DNA of 64,000 nt from an uncultured Planctomycetaceae bacterium. Lineage in GTDB: Bacteria; Planctomycetota; Planctomycetia; Planctomycetales; Planctomycetaceae. Below the pieces are notes generated by a model that saw nothing but the letters and a program-made list of their open reading frames with translations, did no database searches and was not told where the DNA came from. Below are positions 26,143 to 34,481 of the stretch, one piece after another; position 1 is the stretch's first letter; the number at the start of each line of letters is the position of its first letter. The DNA is taken from the NCBI GenBank assembly GCA_963976765.1, contig CAXBME010000005.1, positions 62,001 through 126,000 of the forward strand, written 5' to 3'. Position numbers and translations under genes: made by a program.

Positions 26143-26496
26143 TCTGGCTAAGAACCAGATGAGGCCCGGGCGCGAAAGCGTCCACCAAAGACCCAAGGGA
26201 GATGGGTGACTGACTGATCGGCTGCCGGTGCCGGCATTTCGCAGTCGGACGTCGCGGCGAGAGTCGTGATTGTCGGATTGCGGGTGACGACATTCGGCGG
26301 CAGCACGAAAGGCGTGCCCTGCAGTGTGTGGATACCGCATTCGCAACCTGTGACGCGAGCAGATTGAATCGTGATGACCTGCCAAGACGCCTGTCGCCAA
26401 CGCTGGCTGATCGATGACACCTGCAAACCTCACAGGACGAGATTGCTCAAGCACACTCCGCACGGCGAAGTGTGGTCGGCAGACCTCTCATCTCCC
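26143..26496 (+). ncRNA. Large multi-helix structured RNA of unknown family
   Basis: Closing helix 26197-26206/26487-26496, internal helices, GAAA and GAGA tetraloops, no credible ORF. Confidence 0.65.
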
Positions 26497-26596
26497 AACG
26501 GTTCTTTTTAGAAACAACAACGACACGAATAGCAAAGTTTACCGCAGGCACGTGCCTGCGATTCAGAGTTCGTCACCCGATGAAAGGCGGTGGCAC

Positions 26597-27703
26597 ATGT
26601 TCCCGATCAAGACAATCCGAATTCGCAGCTACGAGATGGGACTGCGCTTCCACGACGGAGAGTTCCGCGGTCTGCTCGCTGAGGGTAAGCACCGACTGTT
26701 CGATCCACTGTGCAAGTCGCATGTCGGTGTCGTCTCGCGGCGTGATCCGTGGCTGCAGCACGAGAAGCTGGACGTCATCGTGAAGTCCGGTGCGCTAAAG
26801 GATCGCGCCATCGTTGTGGACCTCAAGGATCACGAGCGTGGTCTGGTCTCAATCGAAGGCCGCTTCAGTCATGTTCTGCCGCCGGGCCTGTACGCCTACT
26901 GGATCGGTATGAAGGATGTGCAGGTCGAGGTGATTGATGCGCGGAACGTCCGCTTCGAGCACAGCGATTTACGAGTCATCTCTCGGTCGCCGATGGTCGG
27001 GCAGGTTCTCGACATCTGCACGGTCAACCGGCAGTGTGTCGGCGTCCTGTTCATCGACGGCCGCTACATCGACACGCTCGACTCGGGTCTGTACGCGTTC
27101 TGGAAGGGAGCCGGAGACGCCAAGGTCGTCGAGATCGATCTGCGCGAGACGATGGCTGACGTCAGCGGTCAGGAGATCATGACGTTGGACAAGGTCTCGC
27201 TGCGGATGAACGCGGTCGTGACGTACCGGATCGTGGATGCACGGAAGGCCATCACAACAACCGACGATGTTCGGCAGACGCTGTACCGTGAGGTGCAGCT
27301 GGCTCTGCGGGCGGTTATCGGAGCACGCGAACTCGACTCGTTCCTGACCGACAAAGATGCGGTCGCGAGTGAGATGGAGGAACTTGTGCGGCACCGCGCC
27401 GCGGAACTTGGTCTGGAAGTCGCTTCGGTCGGAATCCGGGATGTGATTCTGCCGGGTGACATGAAGGACTTGATGAACAAGGTCACGGAGGCAAAGAAGG
27501 CCGCCGAGGCCAACCTCATCTCGCGGCGCGAAGAGACGGCCGCCATGCGCAGTCAGGCCAACACGGCCAAGGTGCTGGCGGACAACCCGACTCTGATGCG
27601 GCTCCGGGAACTGGAGGTCCTGGAAAGGATCGCCACGACCGGCAACCTGAACGTCATACTCGGCGAAAAGGGACTGGCCGACCGCGTCGTCAATCTGCTG
27701 TAA
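26597..27703 (+). CDS. Slipin-type SPFH/band-7 protein
   Basis: Repeated N-terminal L.PG.Y.W units, SPFH core (GQEIMTLDKVSLR, IRDVILPG), NPTLMRLRELE; start re-assigned to MFPIK. Confidence 0.88.
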   Translation: MFPIKTIRIRSYEMGLRFHDGEFRGLLAEGKHRLFDPLCKSHVGVVSRRDPWLQHEKLDVIVKSGALKDRAIVVDLKDHERGLVSIEGRFSHVLPPGLYAYWIGMKDVQVEVIDARNVRFEHSDLRVISRSPMVGQVLDICTVNRQCVGVLFIDGRYIDTLDSGLYAFWKGAGDAKVVEIDLRETMADVSGQEIMTLDKVSLRMNAVVTYRIVDARKAITTTDDVRQTLYREVQLALRAVIGARELDSFLTDKDAVASEMEELVRHRAAELGLEVASVGIRDVILPGDMKDLMNKVTEAKKAAEANLISRREETAAMRSQANTAKVLADNPTLMRLRELEVLERIATTGNLNVILGEKGLADRVVNLL

Positions 27704-27708
27704 CTGAG

Positions 27709-27744
27709 AACGCCCCTGGTCTGAGTCATCGGATCAGGGGCGTT
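27709..27744. terminator. Bidirectional hairpin between convergent slipin and rtcB
   Basis: AACGCCCCTGGTCTGA-GTCA-TCGGATCAGGGGCGTT. Confidence 0.75.
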
Positions 27745-27766
27745 TCTGGTTCACAGACGGTGGCCG

Positions 27767-28924
27767 CTATCGTCGCGAACCTTTGTAACTCAGAACCGGA
27801 CGCAGCTCGCGTTCGATGCGCGTCAATTCGGACTGTGCTCGCATGACTGCGTGGATGTCACGGTACGCGGACGGTGCTTCGTCTCGCAGGCCTGCCGCAA
27901 TGTTGTGGTCGAACCACACCGATCGCATTTGCTGATGCAGCGACCGGGCTGTCACCGACTTCTTTGCGTCCGTGCGACTGAAACGTCGTCCTGCGCCGTG
28001 TGAGCTGCTGCACAAGGACTGGGCATTGCCTCGGCCAGTGACGTGGAAACTCGCCGTGCCCATCGAACCGGGGATGATTCCCGGTTTGCCATCGTGAGCA
28101 CTCTGGGCGCCCTTTCTGTGGACGAGGAACTGCTGACCTCCATGTTGTTCCCGACGAACATGATTGTGGTTGCTCTGTATGAGCGTCTGTGGATCGGCTT
28201 CTACGCCGAACCGGGTATAGAGAATGTCGCTGGCGGCACTCAGCATGGCCAGTCGGTTCAACTCTGCGTACTGCGATGCCCACTCCACGTCGTTGATGTA
28301 CTCAGTCCCGGCTGGTGAGTTCGCGTCAACAAACCCAAGGCCGTTCGATTGTGAGTCACACTTGCTGATGTGAAGTGATGAGACCAACTGACCGATCCCA
28401 CGAGAGCCGCTGTGGACCATCAGCCACAGGCGTCCAGACTGATCGGCCTGGAACTCCAGGAAGTGGTTGCCTCGACCAAGTGACCCAAACTGCACGCGCG
28501 CGTCACGCTGCTTTTCCGCTTCGAGACGTGGACAACTCAGAGGACGGGCAAGCAGGTCATCGGGTAAAGATTCCGGCATCGTCTCCCGGTGATGGCGATT
28601 CGCTGGCACGTACCGATAAAGGTCGGCCAGCAGAGTTGCTGCGGCGGTTTCGTTTCCAAGGACGTCGGCATTGGCATCAAAACCGATGGCGGCCATGCCA
28701 CAGCCGATGTCACTCCCAACGGCTGCGGGGTAAAGCAGCCGGGACGTTGCAAGAACGACGCCGACGCAGACATCTCCCGCCAAGTGGACATCAGGCATGA
28801 CGGCGATGCGTTGAACGTCATCCGCCTCAGACAGACGCCGTAGTGATGTTTGCACGTCGTGACTGAGCGGTTCGGTAAGCCAGACTGGGATATCGTCTCC
28901 GGCAGTGATGTGCTTACTACTCAT
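27767..28924 (-). CDS. rtcB: RNA ligase RtcB
   Basis: MPDVH, VGSDIGCGM, GRGNHFLE, HSGSRG, HRKGA, PGSMG, HGAGR, DEAP; AGGAG RBS. Confidence 0.93.
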   Translation of the reverse strand: MSSKHITAGDDIPVWLTEPLSHDVQTSLRRLSEADDVQRIAVMPDVHLAGDVCVGVVLATSRLLYPAAVGSDIGCGMAAIGFDANADVLGNETAAATLLADLYRYVPANRHHRETMPESLPDDLLARPLSCPRLEAEKQRDARVQFGSLGRGNHFLEFQADQSGRLWLMVHSGSRGIGQLVSSLHISKCDSQSNGLGFVDANSPAGTEYINDVEWASQYAELNRLAMLSAASDILYTRFGVEADPQTLIQSNHNHVRREQHGGQQFLVHRKGAQSAHDGKPGIIPGSMGTASFHVTGRGNAQSLCSSSHGAGRRFSRTDAKKSVTARSLHQQMRSVWFDHNIAAGLRDEAPSAYRDIHAVMRAQSELTRIERELRPVLSYKGSRR

Positions 28925-29369
28925 CTTCGCTCCTATCAATCACGTCATTCGTCGCCTGGGTCGACACAATGCGGAACCTCAGCGCGGGCGCACGTTTGCG
29001 AGTGATTGAGGCAGCGACCTCGGAACGAAGCCGGCCGGCAACTCGATCCAGTCGTTCCAGCACGACGGATGGATCGGCAGGGGCTTCGAGACTGCTCTCG
29101 ATACTGACCGTCACAAGCATTTGCGAGGCGTTGGGCGCTGGGATGACAGACTCGACGATGAGCGACTGCAGCAGCTCGTCGGAAAACTCGCCAGACAGGA
29201 CCAGGCTCAGCGTCTGCTCGACCTGCTGGCAGAGCTGCTGTGTCTTGCGGTCCCGTTTGTTTCGATCCGAATGACTTTTGAAGAAGCGGCGTGGATCGAC
29301 GCCGTCGTCTTCCTGAATCTCTCCACAGCACGCGAGCATCTGCTCGCGCTGACGATTGTTGAGTGGCAT
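28917..29369 (-). CDS. RbfA-like ribosome-binding factor paralog
   Basis: RbfA-type C-terminus (GRLRSEVAASITRKRAPALRF) with extra CCGE..DDG.DPR N-terminus; overlaps rtcB start. Confidence 0.75.
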   Translation of the reverse strand: MPLNNRQREQMLACCGEIQEDDGVDPRRFFKSHSDRNKRDRKTQQLCQQVEQTLSLVLSGEFSDELLQSLIVESVIPAPNASQMLVTVSIESSLEAPADPSVVLERLDRVAGRLRSEVAASITRKRAPALRFRIVSTQATNDVIDRSEDE

Positions 29370-29456
29370 AAGGCTCTCACAAGGGAATGGCGTTGAGGCT
29401 GAAGAATTGGAAGCCACGCCGTGAGAGCTGGTCAAATCGCTGCAGACTGACCTTGG

Positions 29457-29522
29457 TCAGGAGCGATCGACGGAAAGCGTCAAGAGGGACGGCGAGGCCA
29501 GACATAGTTCAAAACATCGCAT
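29457..29522 (-). CDS. Putative 21-aa leader peptide MRCFELCLASPSLLTLSVDRS
   Basis: Strong AAGGAGG Shine-Dalgarno; upstream of rbfA-like/rtcB. Confidence 0.55.
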   Translation of the reverse strand: MRCFELCLASPSLLTLSVDRS

Positions 29523-29723
29523 GGTCGCCTCCTTCCGTCGGGGAGCAGTGTTAAAAGCGGTTCATCGTCACCGTGTGCGGCAGTGACACGGCGTCCGGCG
29601 AGGCGGTTCGCGCCGCGGCTCACTAATTTCGGCTCGCCGCCAAATCTGACGCCGGAGTGAGTCCATCCTTCGCCTCATTTGAGTAGACCGTGAGGCGTTC
29701 CCCTGACTACCTCATACACTGGA

Positions 29724-30449
29724 TCATCGCTGTCCCTTCTTTTTCGCGGAACGTTTGCTACGTCGCTGCTTTGCCGCTCTCTCACTAAGTTTACCAGCCA
29801 GCTCGCTGATCCTTGCGGCCGCTTTAGACAGTGCCTTTAGGTCCTCGCGATTCTCGCCGCACTTGGCCAGCACTCGTTCGACGACCAGCTTGCCAGTACC
29901 CGATTCGGGATCGACTTCTTCAAACAACCCGTCAAGGTACCGTTGAGCTTCGATCGTCCATCGCCGCAGGTCCTTGTACTTGAACTTTGGCCCGCCACCC
30001 TGCCTCTTCTCGCCACGAGCCTTCTGGACTTCTTCCAGCAGCAGCCTGGCACTCCAACCGTTCTTAATCGCCAGCTTCTCGCATTTCGTACGTTGCTCAA
30101 CCTGATCTCTGGAGAATGCAAGCAGCGTCCGCACGTGAGTCCAGTGCAATGGCTCCTGCGTCTCAGAATTCACGCGGCGGCGCAGTGCACGGAACTCGTT
30201 CTGCGAGTACAGACAGGCAAAGTCCAGCGTCTTGTAAAACTGATCCCGCGATATCCCGTGCTCTGCCATCAGCTTCTCGCGAGTCTCACCATCAACCCGC
30301 ACCTTCTCGCCAAGCTTGGGGCTGCCTCCGATGGAATCTTTGATCTGCCGCCCGGTTTCATAGTACCGGGCCAATTCCTCGGCGACTGCTTGGCCCCGGG
30401 TGATACCAATCTGCCTGCCAGTCAGTGCTGCCTTCTTCTTCGCCATCAT
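29724..30449 (-). CDS. Protein resembling the DUF1016/YhcG N-terminal domain only
   Basis: YYETGRQI, FACLY, LHWTHVRTLL, NGWSARLL mirror YhcG N-terminal motifs; no PD-(D/E)XK half. Confidence 0.6.
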   Translation of the reverse strand: MMAKKKAALTGRQIGITRGQAVAEELARYYETGRQIKDSIGGSPKLGEKVRVDGETREKLMAEHGISRDQFYKTLDFACLYSQNEFRALRRRVNSETQEPLHWTHVRTLLAFSRDQVEQRTKCEKLAIKNGWSARLLLEEVQKARGEKRQGGGPKFKYKDLRRWTIEAQRYLDGLFEEVDPESGTGKLVVERVLAKCGENREDLKALSKAAARISELAGKLSERAAKQRRSKRSAKKKGQR

Positions 30450-30894
30450 GCCTCTCCCTCTGTCCGTTAGTTCCGGAATCGTCACAGTTTGTGTTAGCGG
30501 TCACAGAAATGGGAGTCTCGACGCTCAGTCCGAATTCGGAACCTGCCCCTGACCATCCGCGAGATCGAGGCCAATATTCCACGCTTGATGTGTGCCGGGA
30601 GTCTGCGTCTGCAGCGGAAAATGGCTCACATGACTAAAGCAGAAACGTACTCTGCCGAGGTGGTGCCTGCCCGCCGTGCCGAGTTGCTTTGGGGCGGCAG
30701 TCAAGCTGGCCAGTTGATGTGAATCCGGCAAACGAACACCCGCCGGCAAAGCCCGCATCCGCTGGACTCACCTCGAAGGTTATGCCGACGGGCAGACTTC
30801 CCTCGCACTGAAGGGTCAGACAGCCCGCCGCTCTCAATTCCGGCTGAATCACGGGCCTCAGCAAGGCCCGGTACGGCAGGCCAATTCTCCCAAA

Positions 30895-30940
30895 GGTATC
30901 ACCGAGGGTATCACCGCCGAAAACACCGAAAGGTGTCACG
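30895..30940. repeat. GGTATCACCG direct repeats (att arm-site-like)
   Basis: Copies at 30895-30904 and 30907-30916, variant GGTGTCACG at 30932-30940. Confidence 0.55.
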
Positions 30941-30982
30941 CAATAACCCCTCGCAAGTCATGGACCTGCAAGGGGTTATGAA

Positions 30983-31056
30983 TGGACGATACTGGACTTG
31001 AACCAGTGACCTCCACGATGTCAACGTGGCGCTCTAGCCAACTGAGCTAATCGTCC
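30983..31056 (-). tRNA. tRNA-Val(GAC), canonical chromosomal type
   Basis: GGACGAT/ATCGTCC-A; CCACG-TTGACAT-CGTGG. Confidence 0.95.
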
Positions 31057-31733
31057 CAAGGCGGGGGAAAACTATTTCCTCCGAAGCGTTGAGTCAAGCT
31101 TCTGGGGCAGGATTGTTCCTGGTGAGTTGCGAAGGAAGTCCGGCTGAGCTGACCTTTGCGACATTGACGCATAATCGGTATGGCCGAGCGCATCCCTCAA
31201 GACGGAATCCTGCCCACAGAATGGTGTTCCACAATCGAGGTCGGCGTGGTGACTCGCCTTGATCTGCCACTCGCGTGAGCTTTGCACGGGACGGTTAAGC
31301 AAAGTGGAGCATTGGTCCGGATGGATGGGGTTTGGACTCAGAATCGGCTATCGGTTCGATTTGTCACAGGTTTCCATGTTTCAATCAACGAGTTCGGATC
31401 CAGGGGGCGGGACGTAGACGGTCTTCATAAGTGCGTCGTAGTCAACGTACGCTCCGTTGCTTCAGTGGTGGCTCTTCACGTCATGCCTGCTATTTTCCAC
31501 GCTATCTTGAGTGATGTTGGATTTGCGTACGGTTTGCGTCGTTGGGTGACGCTTTGCAGTCTGTTGAAAAGCCTGAGCCACCGAATTCAAAGTGTGCCAG
31601 TGGCACATTTTCAACGGGCTGTTAACCCTGGCCCCCGTCATTTGATCCGCGTGGCGTGAGGTAAAATCGTAATCGCGCACCTGGCGATAACGGCGGGCTC
31701 GGCTTGTCTGGCAGCTGATCTGGCCCTGCCGAG

Positions 31734-32429
31734 TCAGACTGCTTCAAGTGGCTGCTCGCATTGACCGGTCTCGTTCGAGCAGCAACCTTTGTCCTGGGTG
31801 CAGCGGCAGCCGGGAACGGCGAGCAAGGCTCCAATCGTGGGAGCGACGAGGTAGACCCAGAGGTGCGAGAGTTCGCCGCTGACCACGGCGGGAGAGAGCG
31901 ACCGGACTGGGTTCATCGAGGCTCCACAGATCGGACCGGCAAACATTGCTTCGAAAGCGACGACACTGCCGATGGCAGCACCGGCCATGATCCCCTTTTC
32001 CTTTGCGCCGGTCGAGACGTTCAGAATCACGTACATCAGCATGAAGGTCAGCACGACTTCGAAGATGAACGACTGCCACCAGGGGCCTGACGGCAGTGTC
32101 GCTCCCAGGTTGGGATGTTCCAGAAACATCGTTCGCAGCAGACCGCTGGCGGCAAACGCTCCGACGCACTGACTGACGATGTACGGAACGACTTGTTTGC
32201 CGTCAAACCGTCCGGCCACCCAGAAAGTGATCGTCACCGCGGGGTTGATGTGACATCCCGAGACATCGCCGATGGAATAGATCATGGCCATGACGACCAG
32301 TCCAAAGGTCAGCGCGATGCCAACGTGCGTGATCGCCTGGTGGCTGACATCGTTCACGATTATCGCCCCTGTTCCGGCAAAAATCAGGCAGAACGTTCCG
32401 ATGGCTTCGGCGGTGTATTGTCTGTTCAT
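31734..32429 (-). CDS. MIP family channel (aquaporin) with Cys-rich tail
   Basis: SGCHINPAVT and GASMNPVRS motifs, six TM segments. Confidence 0.93.
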   Translation of the reverse strand: MNRQYTAEAIGTFCLIFAGTGAIIVNDVSHQAITHVGIALTFGLVVMAMIYSIGDVSGCHINPAVTITFWVAGRFDGKQVVPYIVSQCVGAFAASGLLRTMFLEHPNLGATLPSGPWWQSFIFEVVLTFMLMYVILNVSTGAKEKGIMAGAAIGSVVAFEAMFAGPICGASMNPVRSLSPAVVSGELSHLWVYLVAPTIGALLAVPGCRCTQDKGCCSNETGQCEQPLEAV

Positions 32430-32451
32430 GAATCGCGACCAGTTTCAGTTC

Positions 32452-34392
32452 TTACAAGCTGCGGAGGTATCGCAGAAGTGCTGCCAGTTCTGTCGTTGTC
32501 AGTTTTCTGTCGAGCTGGTGTTCGTGTTTCGTGAAGACTTCTTCGAGGCTGTGGGCACGTTTGTCGTGGAACAGATTTTCGCGATAGCCGACTCCTCGCA
32601 GCGTGGGCGGGTTGAAGTGTCGCAGTCCTCGTTCGTCGACAAGGCCGACGTCGTACACATCCGCCGAGGTCAGCGTGGTTCCCGCGTGGCAGTCGGTGCA
32701 GCTCAGCGATTCGAACAGGCGGCGACCTTCGTTGACGAGACTCCGGTCTGCTGGGGTGATTGCCGGTTCGTAGGGCGGCGGCGGTGTTAACGTTGTCAGA
32801 AATGCGGCGAGATCGGCTGCTGATTCGTCGGAAACGCCTCGGCCTCGCATCGTGGACGTCGCCGACTGGTGAATCTGTTTCGGAAGCGTGGACTTCATTC
32901 CGTTCCAGCCCCACGGCCCGGTTTCACCCGCTCCGAGTAGCGACAGGACTCGCTTCGGAGCGCCTTCTGTGTCGTCTCCAAATGTGTCTGATGTTCCACC
33001 GTTTGTATGGCCTTCGACATGGCAGCTGTGACAACTGAACCAGCTCGCGTGAGAAAGCCGTGCTGAGAAGAACAGCCGCTCGCCGCGTTCTGCCGGTCCG
33101 AGTTCCGGCGACGGGCCGAGCGGGAGATTCGACGTATAGATATCGACGTTCTGGTAGCTGCTGCCGTACGTGCTGGCGGTCCGATCGTAAGCTGACTTGT
33201 CTTCGTACTTTTTGTCGTACGCGTCGTCGTCGGCATCTCCGTCTTCGTCGTACTCATCGACGTACAACGGCGAATTTCCCGCACTTTGATCGGGCTCTGT
33301 TTGGGTGTCAGCTTTCGCTAAAGCGTTCGAACGATCGACCGCTTCTTTGGTCATGTCGATCAGCGTGAGCGAATCAGACAGTTCGTTGACCACGACAAAC
33401 CGTCCCTCGGAAAGTGGCAGCAGGTCGATTGGACGACGACCGACTCCGATTCGCTGGAAGGCTCTTGAGGCGGGCTCGCCAATGAGAACTTCGTCAACAC
33501 CGGCGAGAGCCATCACTGCTCTACCGGCTTCGTCCACAAACATCGTGTCTGGATCGCCCGCTCCCTGCCCGGCGTAACCGACGTTCGCCGTCAGCCCGCC
33601 GTACATGGCTCCCGTTCTGCCGGTGAGAATGTCTTTCAGCGAGGCAGACCGAAGCAGATTGTTGACCATCACTCCCCAGACGATGTCGCTGCGACGCGGG
33701 AGGGCTGCGTCATTCAGAACCTGATGAGAAACCAGCAGCGATTCGCCGTCACGGCTGATGGCAAGTCCTCGAATGTTATGAGCACCAAACTTGTGCACGT
33801 GGGCGACTTCACGCTTTGCCATATCGATGACGGCAATCCGATCGTTAAACGCATCCGCAACGAGCAGTCGCGATTGAGTCGGAACGTAGAGTTGCTCGCC
33901 GGGCGAAAAACCGAGGTCGATCGTCGCGGTGATGGCCGGCTTGACGAGCGACACGAACGTCAGCTTGCGAGCCCATTTGGAAGCGATCGAGCACGACCGT
34001 CCGTCAGGAGCCACCTGCACGGTCAGCGGGTAAGTGGGCATCGGCAGTTCCGAAACCATCTCCGCGTCCGTTCTTGAAAGTCGCACCAGGCAAAGTCGCG
34101 AGTTTTCGGCATCGGTCACCAGCAGCAAGCCATCGGCTATTGCCACATCGGTCAGCCGGCCGCCAATCCGGAACTCAGCGGCGACGGTAACGTTTTCAAG
34201 ATCAATCACCGAAAGCGTGCCGCAACGATTCGCGACAACAGCCGTCGAACCGTCCAGCCGAGCGATGGCCGCCGGTCGCCGGAACAGCGAGGTGTCTGGC
34301 GAAACCCGCTCAAGATCTGCCGCGTTTACGAGCACCGAAGTCAGTACGAAAAGGGACGCCAGCGAGTGAACAACGGCTGATGAAGCTGGCAT
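32452..34392 (-). CDS. Secreted beta-propeller plus di-haem cytochrome c peroxidase-like protein
   Basis: Signal peptide, propeller repeats, CHSCH and CTDCH, PTLRGV. Confidence 0.8.
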   Translation of the reverse strand: MPASSAVVHSLASLFVLTSVLVNAADLERVSPDTSLFRRPAAIARLDGSTAVVANRCGTLSVIDLENVTVAAEFRIGGRLTDVAIADGLLLVTDAENSRLCLVRLSRTDAEMVSELPMPTYPLTVQVAPDGRSCSIASKWARKLTFVSLVKPAITATIDLGFSPGEQLYVPTQSRLLVADAFNDRIAVIDMAKREVAHVHKFGAHNIRGLAISRDGESLLVSHQVLNDAALPRRSDIVWGVMVNNLLRSASLKDILTGRTGAMYGGLTANVGYAGQGAGDPDTMFVDEAGRAVMALAGVDEVLIGEPASRAFQRIGVGRRPIDLLPLSEGRFVVVNELSDSLTLIDMTKEAVDRSNALAKADTQTEPDQSAGNSPLYVDEYDEDGDADDDAYDKKYEDKSAYDRTASTYGSSYQNVDIYTSNLPLGPSPELGPAERGERLFFSARLSHASWFSCHSCHVEGHTNGGTSDTFGDDTEGAPKRVLSLLGAGETGPWGWNGMKSTLPKQIHQSATSTMRGRGVSDESAADLAAFLTTLTPPPPYEPAITPADRSLVNEGRRLFESLSCTDCHAGTTLTSADVYDVGLVDERGLRHFNPPTLRGVGYRENLFHDKRAHSLEEVFTKHEHQLDRKLTTTELAALLRYLRSL

Positions 34393-34481
34393 GAGCGTAC
34401 CTCTGGCTGAGATTTCCAAGTGCGAAATTTTAGCGGCTTCAGTCTAACCGGATTCCTGGTTCGCTCGAAATCCTGCCGGTG

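Noticed and set aside
26155..26190. Hammerhead-like CAGATGA...GAAA
   Set aside because: Core is CAGATGA not CTGANGA, and GAAA is better explained as a hairpin tetraloop
20977..26463. Many short ORFs on both strands across the tRNA array, and long N-terminal extensions of the HNH and slipin ORFs
   Set aside because: They overlap tRNA cloverleafs or structured RNA; only 21573-21821 and the re-started HNH and slipin genes look real
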